DNA of 32,124 nucleotides from Catajapyx aquilonaris (GCA_000934665.2 JYFJ02004480.1:1-32124); one strand, 5' to 3'; counted from the first letter of the stretch, positions 12,529 through 24,261 are shown. Made by a program: numbers and translations. The notes: generated by a model from the sequence alone, not told the origin.

Positions 12529-12654
12529 TTATTTTCTAGAAATAAAAAAAATATCAATGAGAATCAAGTATAAAATACTTCCATATTATCAACTTGCACT
12601 AATTAGAATGCTCTACTGCCTGCAAAGGATGGTCTAGTTTTTTTCCACTTTTGG

Positions 12655-13311
12655 CAGGAAGTTTCCTCATCGTTTAGATTTAGATGATGCCAAAAACAGG
12701 GAGGTTCTTCCATTTAACACCGCAGAAGCCTTCTACCTGCAAGTTTTTCATGAAGTTGTAGACAAGATCACAGAGCACATAAAATCTCGATTCAAGTCGA
12801 AGATCAATGACTTAATGGTGATAGCAGAACAATTCCTCGTTGGCTCAAAAAGGGATTTTCTAGAGCTCAGGGAGCACTTTAAAGATGATGTTGATGAAGG
12901 AAGGATGGTACTACATCGCTCGATGTTTTTGGACATCCTGAAAGCGAGGGACAAAAACGTTTTCAAGGTGGCATACATGGTTGAACTCCCATATGAAAAT
13001 CGTGTTGCCAGAGTTACTGAAGTTCATCAGACTCCTCCTGATGATCCTCGTCTCAATTGCTAGAGCAGATTGATCGTTTGCTACTTAAAACCTCCCTGAG
13101 ATCCACCATGACTCAGAAATGCCTCAACCACCTTGCAATACTCAATGTTCATGGCGAAGAAACCAATTCCTTGAACATTGGTTTTGTAGCAAATGAATTC
13201 ATATCTAGGACAGATATACGCAAGTCAACTTTTGCTGTAAAGATGCAAGGTTCCAGCTACCTGGAAGAATGGACCTGGATGGTACGAGCAGCAGACGTGG
13301 AGAGTGCATGA
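12655..13311 (+). mobile_element. hAT transposase C-terminal remnant (ZMYM1/Blackjack-like) including the dimerisation domain
   Basis: FYLQVFHEVVDKITEHIKSRF and LKTSLRSTMTQKCLNHLAILNVH...VANEFISRTDIRKSTF; the frame is broken. Confidence 0.8.
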
Positions 13312-13686
13312 AAGACAGTTGTGTGACCCTGAGGTCAAGATGTATCAACTGACCAAGTTTCAGCCTAATCCAACGGGTGTAACTTTTCCAATAGGATGCA
13401 TCCCATGTCCTTTAACTTTTATTTGTGGCTGATGCAATCACTGATGTATCTGTATTCTCCCACTAGTGACTAGAGTAAGCTTTCATGAAGTGGTTCAGCT
13501 TCCTTCATTTGTGATTTACAGGCACAACTACAAGGAATCTATTTTTCTCCTGCCCATCCTATACATATAGACGGTAGGAACAAATGGGTTAATGCAGAAA
13601 TGCCATATATTTATTCACTGATGGTACATATTCAATGTCTAGGTCACTTCGTGCAGTACATTGATGGTTCAATAATACTGCCTAGG

Positions 13687-16600
13687 TCACTTTGCGCCAT
13701 ATTTTCCTTTGTCCCTTATCTTTTTTCCATCACCCTTCGACCCATGAACTTTCTGCCAGCTGCCTCCAGACCCGCCTCCAGCCTTTTTGGATCCTGACTG
13801 CTGCTTGTCCTTTGGGCGTGTGCTCAAGAGAGGGTGTGTTTCTGAAACAGAGTCAAGAATCTATATACCTACAAGCCTCTCTCTCTCTCTCTCGCTCTCT
13901 CTCCAATGTTTGTCCATGTTGACTTATCACCTAGGTAGTAGTTACCATAGTTATCACTTTCCCCGTTCAACAATAGAGGGCATAAGTATCGTGGTCAGAG
14001 AGGGTGGGACTCGCTTCAATGGAGGCAAGACACACGCTGGTTATTAGAGCACCGTGGTGGACTTTGTCCGCGTGGTGAATCATCACCAACGTGCATGTAG
14101 TACTACTTTCCCCTTAAGCACGGCAGTAGTGTGCAGAGGGAGAGCCTATATGCCAACTAGTAGGGGGCCTATGTACTATATCGCCCAAAAAGTTAGAGAC
14201 GATTTTGCATTTGACTCAAGTGCAACTTGCACTTGAATCAAATGCCAATCGTCTCTATCTTTTTGAGCGATATAGTACAACTTCCAAGTGGGGTGTGGGA
14301 GGGGGGGGGGGGGNNNNCAGGCAGTAGTGTCAAAAATTGGCAGTGGGTCCACTACTAGTACAATTAGAAATGCTTTGGGAAATTAGTGTGATGTATTGAA
14401 TTTTTAAATGAGAATGTGGAGACATCAGTGACTAGTTATTTCTTATTCAAAAGAGTGCAAGCAGAAAAATAAGGATTTCACATACAAATGACATGGTGTG
14501 TTGTTTAACATCCTACCATATTGAGCTTCAATAGGCCTACTCACTTGCCCTGCATTTAATTTGTCTAAATGTTGCAGGAAAATAGAAACCAATAAAAATC
14601 TTTTGGCTCATCATATTTCCACATGGCTTATGAATCAAGCCCAATAGCAATTTTTCCATAATTTGTTTAAATTATTATTATTTGCTACCCTGTGCTGGAG
14701 CGATTGGATCCCTTAGGGCAGTGGTCCCCAACCCCCGGGCCGCGGACCGGTACCGGTCCGTGGATCAAATGGTACCGGGCCGCCCAATTATTCCCATTTC
14801 ATTTTTTTCTACATTTATTGATATATCGTCTCATCTGGGGCCGTGGTACGGTATTTCTGGCCTTGGCAGGGTATTTCCAACGCTATACCCCTAGATGGAA
14901 CCGTCTCGTTGCAAAGAAACAAGCTCAGGGTTCTCATTGATTTTGCATTCTAGTGAGGTGACATGTTCAATCACTTTATATTCATTTTTTCGTGTAACTA
15001 TATTTTATTTTGAAGCCATGTTAATTAAGTACAATAAAATGAAAATTATTAAATCAAAACAATCTGTACCCCCCCCCCCCCTCAGCGGGCCGTGGTAAAA
15101 TTATCAAACGTTGACCGGTCCGGGGCGATAAAAAGGTTGGGGACCACTGCCTTAGGGGGATGGAATACCACCATTTTTTCTTGCAAATTTTCTTTCGCAT
15201 TTTTCTCTCCAGCGAGAAAGGATCCGAGTTTTTTTTACACACATTACAAATGTTAAATGTGTCCTCCTCTGGAGATGCGGCACACATCTAGCCGATACTC
15301 CATTTCGCCCCATTCGCGAGCAAGCATGTCACGGTCAATCATTGAGAGTTTGTGACAGCCATGGTGATGCGGGGGCGAAGTTCCTGGATATTTGCAGTGA
15401 GTGGAGGCACAAACACAGTGTCGTTCACAAATCCCAGTAAGAAAAAGTCGCGAGTTAAATCGGGTGACCAGGGTGGGCACTGCATTAACACCTCATCATC
15501 GGGACTTGTGCATCCAATCCAACGTCGTGGTAGGTTTTGGTTGAAGTACCATCGCACCTGGGTATGGAAATGAGGTGGAGCACCATCTTGTTGAAAGAGG
15601 TAATCCTCCATGTTCATTTATAATGTATAATTTATCATTTTCTAACTCTGCCTCCTAGCGGCACAGCAAGGCTTCAACACTGCTGTAAAAAAACTCCGAT
15701 CTTTTCTCCCTCTTTTGGTATATTAATTACAACTATCTGTTGTGTAGTGTATTTTTGGTGAATTTTTAAAATAAGGTCAAGACTTATGAATAGCCCTGTA
15801 TATATATGCATGCGGAATAACAATTTTGAGAAGGGTGCCTAATGAATTTGCTGAAATCGTTGTACGTTTCGTGAAATAAGTAAATTTGGGAGTTATCTGA
15901 AGTGACAGGCAAGTCGCAGAAAAGTATTAATTTATTTCTCGGACAGTACAACGATTTCAACAAAGTCTTCTGGAATGTTTCTCAAGATTGTTATTCCGTG
16001 TATTTTAACGTATTTCATAATTAAATCAGCTGGACAGTTGGCCGGTAGTACTTGGATTTTCATCTTTTACAGCGATCTTTTGGGAAATTAATTTACAGAC
16101 TTATAGCCAAGGAAAATTGTTTCCAATATAATTATAACGTTGTGTTTTGCATGAACGGGTAAGTAGAGCTGTTACTATTTTTTATTTTTTTATATATTTT
16201 TTATTTCTTACGTTACCCGTGATAAGGCTGAGCCTTTTTAGGGGGGTGGAATACCACCATTTCACTCCATTTTCCTATATTAACTTCATTCACCGGTGCA
16301 AGGAGTCAAGGATGTAGGGTAGGGATAGGGATTTTTGGGAAGGGAACATAGGTGCAAGTGCAATGTTGGTAAAGGGGTCATGTGCTGTTCCCCAGGAGGT
16401 TAGGTTGCCAGACACCTCCTTGGTGCAGGTCAGAGACCCTCCTGACGCAGGTGAAAGGAAAGTTCCCCCAGGCGGGGATCGAACCTGGGGCCTTTCACTC
16501 AGCAAGCCGAGACGTTACCATCTCGGCCATCTACACCTCCCCGAGCTGTTACTATTTGTAAAATATCTTGCCCTTACCTTCAGAGTACTTGTTGAACAAG

Positions 16601-19600
16601 AGGGAAAATCTAGGCGGAGATCTAGGCGGAAACATAGCGGGTATACTACGGGGTGATCTTTATGGAAATTAATTTACGGACTACTATGCGAGTAAAATTG
16701 TTTCCAAAACATGCATTGTTTACATCTGTTGGAAACAATTTTACTCTTAACCTTTTCAACATTTGTAAAATATCTTGTCCTTATTTGCAAGTGGAACGGA
16801 AGTGAAAAGAACCTAGGCAATGGAGGTATAGCTGGTACCTGGCGGTCGAGTTCTCATCACCGAGATTCTAGGTCGCTGGGGCCGAAGGGGTTAACTCAGA
16901 AGCTGGGGCACAGTCAATCTCTTGTTCCTCACTTACAGTATATCAGTATATTCATTCCCCTTGCCATAATAACAATTCCAGCCCCCTGTTGCAGCCTAAC
17001 TGCTTCACACTCCACTCACCATCAACTGGTGGATTGTCCAGTGGAATATCATATGTTTTGGCCTTCTTCTTCCTTGGCTGCGTGTTTTCCTTCTGATCAC
17101 ATGTCCTCTTTCCCGATACAGGTCCACTGAGTGGTTCTTCCCCTCCACCTTCTGCACCTTGGCTGCTACCCCACCCTTCCTCAGGGTCTTCTATTTCTGG
17201 TGCAATGGGCAGGTAAAACAGCCCATCCCTGTCATCCTTTGTATCTTCCTCATCTGAGCTACAAAAGGCAGCTATGGGATCAATTGTAGTTACATCAACT
17301 TTCACGTCCTCCACCTTCATGTCGGAAAGGGCCTCCACTGATTTGTCCTCATCACTCAGATCAAACTCAGACTCCCGTTCTTCATACTCCACATTCTCAT
17401 CCAGCTCCTTGAAGTCTGGAGCAAAGGCAGACCAGTTCTCAACTTGGTTCTGGGCCCATATTGACACCACACCCGAAGATATTGATGCAATCATGGGGCG
17501 AACTGGATGCCACTGGAAGCGAAAAGGGAGACAAACTACATTTAATAAGTGTAAAGAAATGTATATATTATCAGGATGGTATCAAGCCTCAGGGTCAACA
17601 ATTCCTGCAATAGTCTCACAAAGTAACAAGGTAGGTGGCAAGGATAATAAAGTTTGTGCTGCCAATTAGTTTGGACATGGATGCTAAATGGTCACACCAC
17701 ACATCAATGCACTCCACTACCACATTGACAAAACATAACAAAAGTTACAAGAACATTACAATAAAATTCTTTTCCATACATACAAACAGTGGTTCTCAAC
17801 ATTCATCATGCTGCAAATTATTGTCAACAGGTTCTTTCTTTCAGTCAGAAAGGCCCATAACATGATTTGATATTCTGCCATTACAACAATTATTTCTTGG
17901 GGGACTAATGTAGAGGGTTTTGTGAAGTTCCTGCATTTTTTGAGACAGTTATATCTAGCAAACTATGATTCAATGCACAATAATATTGAAAAAAAAGCAT
18001 AGGTTTTTTCATTAGCTACTTGAGTTGAGCTGAGGAAGCCTGTCAAGAAATGCACATAACGTCATTCATCTGACAAAACGGCGAAATCAACATTTCCATA
18101 ATTTCACAGGAGAGCCAAAATAAAGCTGCAAAGCACTATACAGATAAGGAAGATGGCGTTTTGATTTCCCATTTCAACTCTGATGTCGCTTGTCCCATGA
18201 GTTCACCATTTTGTCAGAATGCAATGCAACACTTGGTGGTGCTGCCAGAGGCCGTAATCCTACTTGAGCACACATGTTAAATGTGCCCTTTTGTCAGATT
18301 AATGATGATATACACAGACTAGTCTTGTTTATTTAATGTCCATGATTTACCCTATCCCCAAAAAGTTGTTGCCCTCAGCATATTTTCCACAATGTTTTGG
18401 CACATGTGCCGTGAAAAATATATCTTTATAGCTAAGTACAGTAAAACTTCTATAAGTCGAATCTCCATGGGACCAGGACAAAACTTCGAGTTATAGAAGA
18501 TTCGAGTTAGAGAAGTTTGCAATTTTTTAAGCACGTAACTCTATAAGGAAGCCTACATTTATATCCAATGACGAAAGGTGTTCAAAACTTTAAAATAACT
18601 GTCACTATCACACTTACACTAATGTTCTTCATTGTTTTGGTGTTAAAAAAACTCCATTATGGACATTTTCCTACACTTAGATTCAAGGATTCAATTGTCA
18701 CAATCGAGTCAAACACTTCTTTTCATACATCTGGTGGACGAGATCAGGAAATTGAGCCTTTCTGTGCATGTGGCCTACTCTCGACCCTTCGGCTGGGAAA
18801 TGAGAAAATTTTCCGTACTCGCCAACATGAACTTCGACTTAGGGAGACTGAAAATGCATTGATATCCCATCGTAAGGCCCTGCCTGCACTTCGAGTTATA
18901 GAAATTCGAGTTAGGGAAGTTTATTTCCTATTATTTTACATTGTGACCAACCAAGCTCATCATTTTCTTCAACTTAGGGAAGTTCGACTTATAGAAGTTT
19001 TACTGTAGTCCTGTCTTTCACCTTCAATATTTCGGTGGAATGGGATTATTTCTCAAACATTATGTCCTGAATATTCTCAGTAAATAACATGCCATGAAGA
19101 AGTAAAAGAAAGACAACTAACCACAACATCTAGAAGCAGCTCTCCTTTAGTCCCATGCAGTATCTTGACCAAGTTTCCAATGCTCTTTTCCCAAACATAG
19201 AGAGCATGCTGACGGGCCGATCCAGCACAGATGTATTCACCATCACCCGAAAAACAACACTTCTTCCACATTGTCCTTTTTGGGGTCAGTACTGTTGTAG
19301 AAGTTGTAACAGAAATTCAATTGTAACACTTACTTGTTAACTAAGTCCTGGAGTTTCTGAATTGGCTCAGGGTCACCATCTTTTCCACAGTTCAGAACAT
19401 CATTGGCATCATATACACGAATGACTCGATCGGCTGTGTTAATTAAGAAGCACCTGGAAGTTTTGCAAGGGTTATTTTTTGTGAGACAAATGTCTTTCTG
19501 TTTTCATTCACATTTATCAAAAAGCAATTACAGCAGACTCCAGATGTAACATACTTCAAGGGAACGCAGAAATCAATCTGCTATAACCGAGGTCTGTTAT

Positions 19601-22375
19601 AGCCAAATACAAAGGCTATCTATGGAAGTGTGGCGGGAGTGGCCTTTTGAGTATGCTATAACCAAGAATCTACTATAGTAGAGGCTGTAATATCAAGAGT
19701 CAACTGTATCAATTTCTTTTAAACTGACCCTCATATTTTTTCAATGCATTGTTAGGCACAATCTTCACTTAAATTAAATGCATGCCACTTTATGCTTTTA
19801 TCCTCACCCATGTATTCCACATGGCCTATATATAAAGCTCAATATTTGTACATATATATTTATATATGTGACGCCTAATTAAGCCACTTCCCGGGTACGG
19901 AGAGCGCTGAAATTTCTCACAGTCATGTCTTACATATCGGTGACCCCAGGGAGGTGTGGTGGCCGAGATGGTGACGTCTCGGCTTGCTGAGTGAAAGGCC
20001 CCAGGTTCGATCCCCGCCTGGGGAACTTTCCTTTCACCTGCGTCAGGAGGGTCTCTGACCTGCACCAAGGAGGTGTCTGGCAACCTCCTGGGGAACAGCA
20101 CATGACCCATAGCTACGACATTGCACCTTGCATTCATGTTCCCTCCCCAAAAATCCATATCCTTTCCCATTGTCCCTGTTTCCTTGCACCGGTGAATGAA
20201 GCAGAAAATATATACAGAAAACTGATGGTGGTGTGCCACCCCCCTATAGCACCCATAAGGGTCATCAGGGTAAAATAAATAAATAATAAATAATAAATAA
20301 ATATATATATATATATCGATGACCCCGGGGAAAGTCCCAAAACCGCAACTTTTTGGGTCTAAAGGTCTGAACTCATATCGACTTGAAACTACGACTTATG
20401 CGTCAAAGTCGTACTTTTGCATGTGCGTTTCCATGGCCTTGTTTGCTTGGGAAAGAGGGCTGTTTCCATATCGACTTGTGCGGCAAAGTCGAACTTGTGC
20501 GTCAAAGTCGAACTTATGTGTGTTCCAATCCATCCCGCCGCGCCGGCTGCGCATGCGCGTGCAGTATGTTGTGCAGTACGATAATCGAAAAGTGCCAACA
20601 ATCGAATGGCAACAATAATTATATTGACCACGTTCCAGTTTCGTACCCCTAGCGGCGCAATCCGGCATCATGTCAAAATGTCGTCGAAATGCGATCATGC
20701 GCGGGAGTCTTGTATTACCTGCCCATTATTGTGGAGGGGCTCTGCCTGTCCGCATCTGGTGGTCTGGCCCCGGGGCAGATCATCCTGAGATTTTTTTTAA
20801 TGTGAGGAGGGTCCTGACCTTCCCTTTCCATGTGTCTGAAGTCAATCAGCCTCATGGCAGCCTGCCCCTTGAGTGAATTTTTAGTCGATTGCAACAGGCT
20901 CTCTATTACCCGCCCATTGTGAATGGGATCTTCTCTAGCACGTGTGGTGGTCTGGTGGTGTGGTGGTCTGGATACGGGGCAGACCAGCCCGATATTTTTT
21001 GAGGAGTGATGAAGATGAGGGACTACTATTAATTGGCTATTGGGTTTTCATTAGATTCTTTTTTGAAATGTTTAATGAAACTTTCTTTGGTAATGACACT
21101 GCATCTATATGTAACACTCTTCTTGTCTATGGAATTTCATCGCTATTACTATGTTCCTTAGGTCACTCGTAAGTCACAATAATGAGCATTCCGTTTGTCT
21201 GAACTTAATTTTTGACCTTGGGACAGAAAAAAAAAACATACTTCTCGAAATAGTTGGGCCATTCCAAATCAAGACAGCGCGAGAATGTTCCTTGACCATC
21301 TTGGATTTCGCAGAAAAAAAATTACGGCAGTACAGAACTATGACACATAACGCTGCATATCAAGTTTCAGCCATATTGCGAAAGACTACCGTGGTCAGGG
21401 GGCGCGCCCGAGATTTTGGAAGGAGGTGAAAATGAGGCCTTTTTAGGGGAATGTTTATTCGTTGGTGGAAGTGGTCAGAACTTAATGAACATATTATACA
21501 AAAAAAGGAGGAAGACGAGGAAAACGCAACTTTGCAATAGGCGTACTGTTGACTTTTCCGTGAAAGATGATCAGCAGCCTCTCGGTCAGACCACCAGATG
21601 CTGACGACCAGTCCCCATCCACAATGGGCAGGCAATACGAGACTCCAGTGGATGAAAGCATTTCGTTTCTCTTTGACAGCCCGCCAGATTTCGCCTCTAT
21701 ACTGGCGGGAAACTTGAAAGTGGTCAATTGGCAGGGGTGCCAAAAGAAGGGGGCAGTGGGCGTGGCATGCAGGGGAGACCCACGTGACCACACACGAGGA
21801 CTGTGATTGGTTACCGGTCGTGCGTGAGGCATGTGCTTGCGTGTAGGATCTACCTCGAATAGATCGAAGACGCATGCACAAGGTGCCAACAGATGCGCGC
21901 GCTGAATGTCAACACGAACCCACAACGCGTAGCAACGGTGTTGCATCGAATTGTTGCATATCGATCGACCTGGGGCAGGCCTGGGGCCCAACGCATCAGG
22001 GTGCCAACAGTTGCGCGCGGTGAATGGCAACCACGGTCAACCACGGTCAACCAATGTCAACAAGAGGCCTCCACGCATGCAGAAACAATGGAAGAAACAA
22101 TGGAAGAAACAATGGAAGAAACGATGACGTCAGATCGTTCTCACGTTTTCCGTACATTATCTTTTTTTTTACCCATCTGCCTGAGCTATTCAAATTAATC
22201 CTGTAATTGGTGCTCGTGCCCATGTGACCGAAACTGCCCCAGCTATGTAGATCATCCCCAACAGCAGACATGAAATTCAATTTCAAGCTTTTTTCATCAA
22301 TAATAAAAAGCCACCAAATTTTGTTGTGGTTGTTGTTGCCACGTGGCAGACCAACAAGTGTTACTCAACTGATAT

Positions 22376-22406
<31 letters not shown>

Positions 22407-24261
22407 TACCCCATAGGGAGAATCTGCACGCCATTAGGGGGGTGGAATACCACCATTCGGTGGGGCCAAGGGTAGGGAAGGAAGCTGCTGTGGCCTATTA
22501 TACGGAAGCAACCCCAGAATTATCCTCGGGGGACTGTGGGAAACAACAGAAAACCCCGTTCAGTATCGCCAGCCCCGGGAATCGAACCCAGGACTTCCCG
22601 ATTAGCAGTCGGACACCTTAACCACCACAACAACCTGCTTCGATTTACTCAACTGATATATATTCAGAAATTTCTGAATTCTCAATAGTCCTGGGGCTGG
22701 ATTCAACAAATGTCGGCAGTCAAATTTTCGTCGGAATGTTAATCCCGAACATGCCACCGCTGCGAGTGACACGACCTATCCTATTCACCAAGGGTGGTAG
22801 CTGCTATGAGACATTTAAAAATATCGTAAGCAAGATAATTTGTAAGGATAGGTTGGACCACTTGCAGTGGGGGACAGTTTAAAACTAACATTACAACGAA
22901 TGACTCATGACATTTGATGAATCCAGCCCCTGCTGTGCACCAGTGCATATTTATTGTATTTACATGCAACCAAGTGTTTATTTCAAGGGGGTAGTCACTT
23001 CTCAAAAAAGTGTACACCGGCTCTCTTGAATTATGGCTCTCCTAGGCTCACCGAAGGGAGTTTCTCTTAATATAGAGCTGAGGGGAGCCAGGGAGGGCTG
23101 AAGAGAGCCAACTACATCACAGCCCACAGGGTAAGGACAAAGGCATCATGCTGCGCATTGTGTAACAATAAGTACACCAAAACTGAAAATCACTCCTTGC
23201 CACTAAGCTCGCCGGAGCTCACCACATATCACTACGTATGTGCTTCCTGCATGTTTATTGGAGCTCCGCTGTGAACTAGGATTCCCGCCTTTGTTCCTCA
23301 TCATATGGTGTAGTTTGCCCTTGGCGGCCCACCTCGGCTCTCCACAGCCCTCCACGGCAGTGTACAACGGGTGTACACTGGCTCACTGAAGTAACTACCC
23401 CCTTGGTTTATTGTTATGTGTCTGTCAATAACATCCACCACATAGAACTCACTCTCCGCGTCTGGCGAATTCAATACTCTTGACTGCAGTGGCACTTGTG
23501 GTCCCCTGGGTGACTTTGAAGGATGCCTGCACTTGTAAATCACGACACGAGAGCAGCAGAACCTTTCCTTTGGCATTTCCGGTGTAGATATAGTCACCTC
23601 GGCGGTCAAATGAGGCCACAATGTTCAGGTCAGACTGCAGAGGAGAGCCTTCCCTCAACACAAGCTCAAATCTTCTCTTAATATTTAAACTACTCACATC
23701 TTCATCCAATGGTACCATCTGGTGGTTTCCTTCCAGGTCAACAATGACAGCAGGGTGCCTCATTGGACACACCAGAAACATCTGGTCATTTCGAGGGTGG
23801 TACTGGACCTAATTTCATAACATATCGCACTTTTTAAAATACAGCACTTCGGCACTGTGAGAGGCAGGTAAAAGTTCTCACCTTCAGAACAGGAGACGGA
23901 AATTTGTATCTCTGCTCACATTCACCAGCCAGAACATTCCATACGCACACATTGTTGTCAGTGGAAGCGCTTAATAATCTGTATCCCGTTCTTGACCAGC
24001 TGTAAAAGGCAAGCCACAAATAAAGTCACATTCTATACTTGTCACCATCCAATGTAACAAACCTGATTGAGCACACAGGGTGAACATGAGCGCTTATAAT
24101 TTTTGCAATACCACGCGTGAGAAAGTCCCAGATTACAATGCGCCCATCATTGCATCCCACTGCTAAGAGTGTCCCGCGCTTGTTAAAGGCACACGTAACA
24201 GCCAATGAGATGCAGTCCAAAGCGCCATCAAACTCTTCCGGGTAGTTCTGCCCAAATGATT
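13687..24261 (-). CDS. RBBP5: Retinoblastoma-binding protein 5 (COMPASS/WRAD WD40 subunit). Exons 24261-24063, 23999-23882, 23808-23698, 23634-23453, 19453-19334, 19275-19122, 17512-17020, 13841-13687; first coding exon not found
   Basis: Recognised peptides: ESFGQNYPEEFDG, LLAVGCNDGRIVIWDFLTRGIAK, WKKCCFSGDGEYICAGSARQH, ENWSAFAPDFKELDENVEYEERESEFD, VDVTT (WDR5-binding motif) and a terminal exon ETHPLL...K*. All junctions are GT-AG and phase-consistent. Confidence 0.96.
14173..14278. repeat. 106-bp hairpin with GTACTAT...ATAGTAC ends
   Basis: Near-perfect palindrome centred on GTGCAACTTGCAC. Confidence 0.9.
14719..15149 (+). mobile_element. Non-autonomous hAT element resembling Charlie3/MER1A
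   Basis: 15-bp TIR CAGTGGTCCCCAACC and a perfect 8-bp TSD CCTTAGGG (14711-14718, 15150-15157). It retains the transposase tail TPRWNRLVAKKQAQGSH*. Confidence 0.9.
15253..15798 (-). mobile_element. Tc1/mariner (Tc3/maT-like) transposase remnant with one terminus
   Basis: FQQDGAPPHF, RWIG, SPDLT.DFFL.G.V motifs, frameshifted. The terminus reads ...GAATAGCCCTG followed by TA. Confidence 0.85.
15813..15998. repeat. Imperfect ~185-bp inverted repeat
   Basis: CGGAATAACAAT.TTGAGAA pairs with TTCTCAA.ATTGTTATTCCG, and GAAATCGTTGTAC pairs with GTACAACGATTTC. Confidence 0.75.
16181..16542 (-). mobile_element. tRNA-derived SINE family A
   Basis: Reverse-complement copy with a 15-bp TSD GAGCTGTTACTATTT (16166-16180, 16543-16557). 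Confidence 0.92.
18059..18308. mobile_element. TA-flanked MITE
   Basis: Imperfect TIR TCATT[C/A]ATCTGACAAAA.GGC at both ends. Confidence 0.65.
18439..19005. mobile_element. Tigger/pogo-like MITE
   Basis: Perfect 23-bp TIR CAGTAAAACTTCTATAAGTCGAA, TA TSD and internal TTCGAGTTA repeats. Confidence 0.9.
19531..19706. mobile_element. Short Tigger/pogo-like MITE, related to 26091-26635
   Basis: TA-CAG...CTG-TA ends. It shares GATGTAACA.ACTTCAAGGGA and TATAACCGAGGTCTGTTA with the 26091 copy. Confidence 0.75.
19948..20312 (+). mobile_element. tRNA-derived SINE family A
   Basis: A/B boxes, (AAAT)n tail and a 14-bp TSD ATATCG[G/A]TGACCCC (19934-19947, 20313-20326). Confidence 0.9.
22081..22122. repeat. 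12-bp tandem repeat (AGAAACAATGGA) x3.5
   Basis: Read directly from the sequence. Confidence 0.9.
22378..22644 (-). mobile_element. tRNA-derived SINE family B (Lm1/Pln-domain-like body)
   Basis: tRNA-like head with a CTGCTAA loop and B box, (AAAT)n tail, and a 17-bp TSD TTACTCAACTGATATAT (22361-22377, 22645-22661). Confidence 0.88.
22984..23405. mobile_element. P- or hAT-superfamily MITE
   Basis: 18-bp TIR CAAGGGGGTAGT[C/T]ACTTC and an 8-bp TSD GTTTATTT/GTTTATTG. Confidence 0.8.

Larger units (their letters stand above)
10926..12535 (-). pseudogene. Degraded multi-exon gene relic of unknown family, interrupted by Sola2 and Harbinger MITEs
   Basis: GT-AG intron-like segments at 11925-11865 (61 nt) and 11220-11134 (87 nt). 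Removing the MITEs restores open frames: KIMNHFLLIDLISKNRICER...CTDEE and VLDFHHLFDFCSCQRY...GPLEQ/LLSSRVR|LVPKIATAIQQYF...HPNYW. At least one or two frameshifts remain. Confidence 0.5.
19826..22359 (+). mobile_element. Possible non-autonomous Helitron-like composite element
   Basis: Starts CTATATATAAAG and contains GCTGAAATTT. A possible 3' hairpin GCCACGTGGC is followed by a degenerate CAAG-T end. It contains a SINE and degenerate inverted repeats. The termini are non-canonical. Confidence 0.35.

Noticed and set aside
18470..19000. Recurring TTCGAGTTA/TTCGACTTA motifs as a CRISPR-like array
   Set aside because: The motifs are short, irregularly spaced subterminal repeats of a Tigger-like MITE in eukaryotic DNA, with no cas genes.
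18568..19008. 146-aa ORF
   Set aside because: It lies within the Tigger-like MITE, runs into the TIR and has no transposase motifs.
21360..22030. Overlapping 173- and 178-aa minus-strand ORFs
   Set aside because: GC-rich repeat-derived DNA open in several frames, with no recognisable motifs or splice context.
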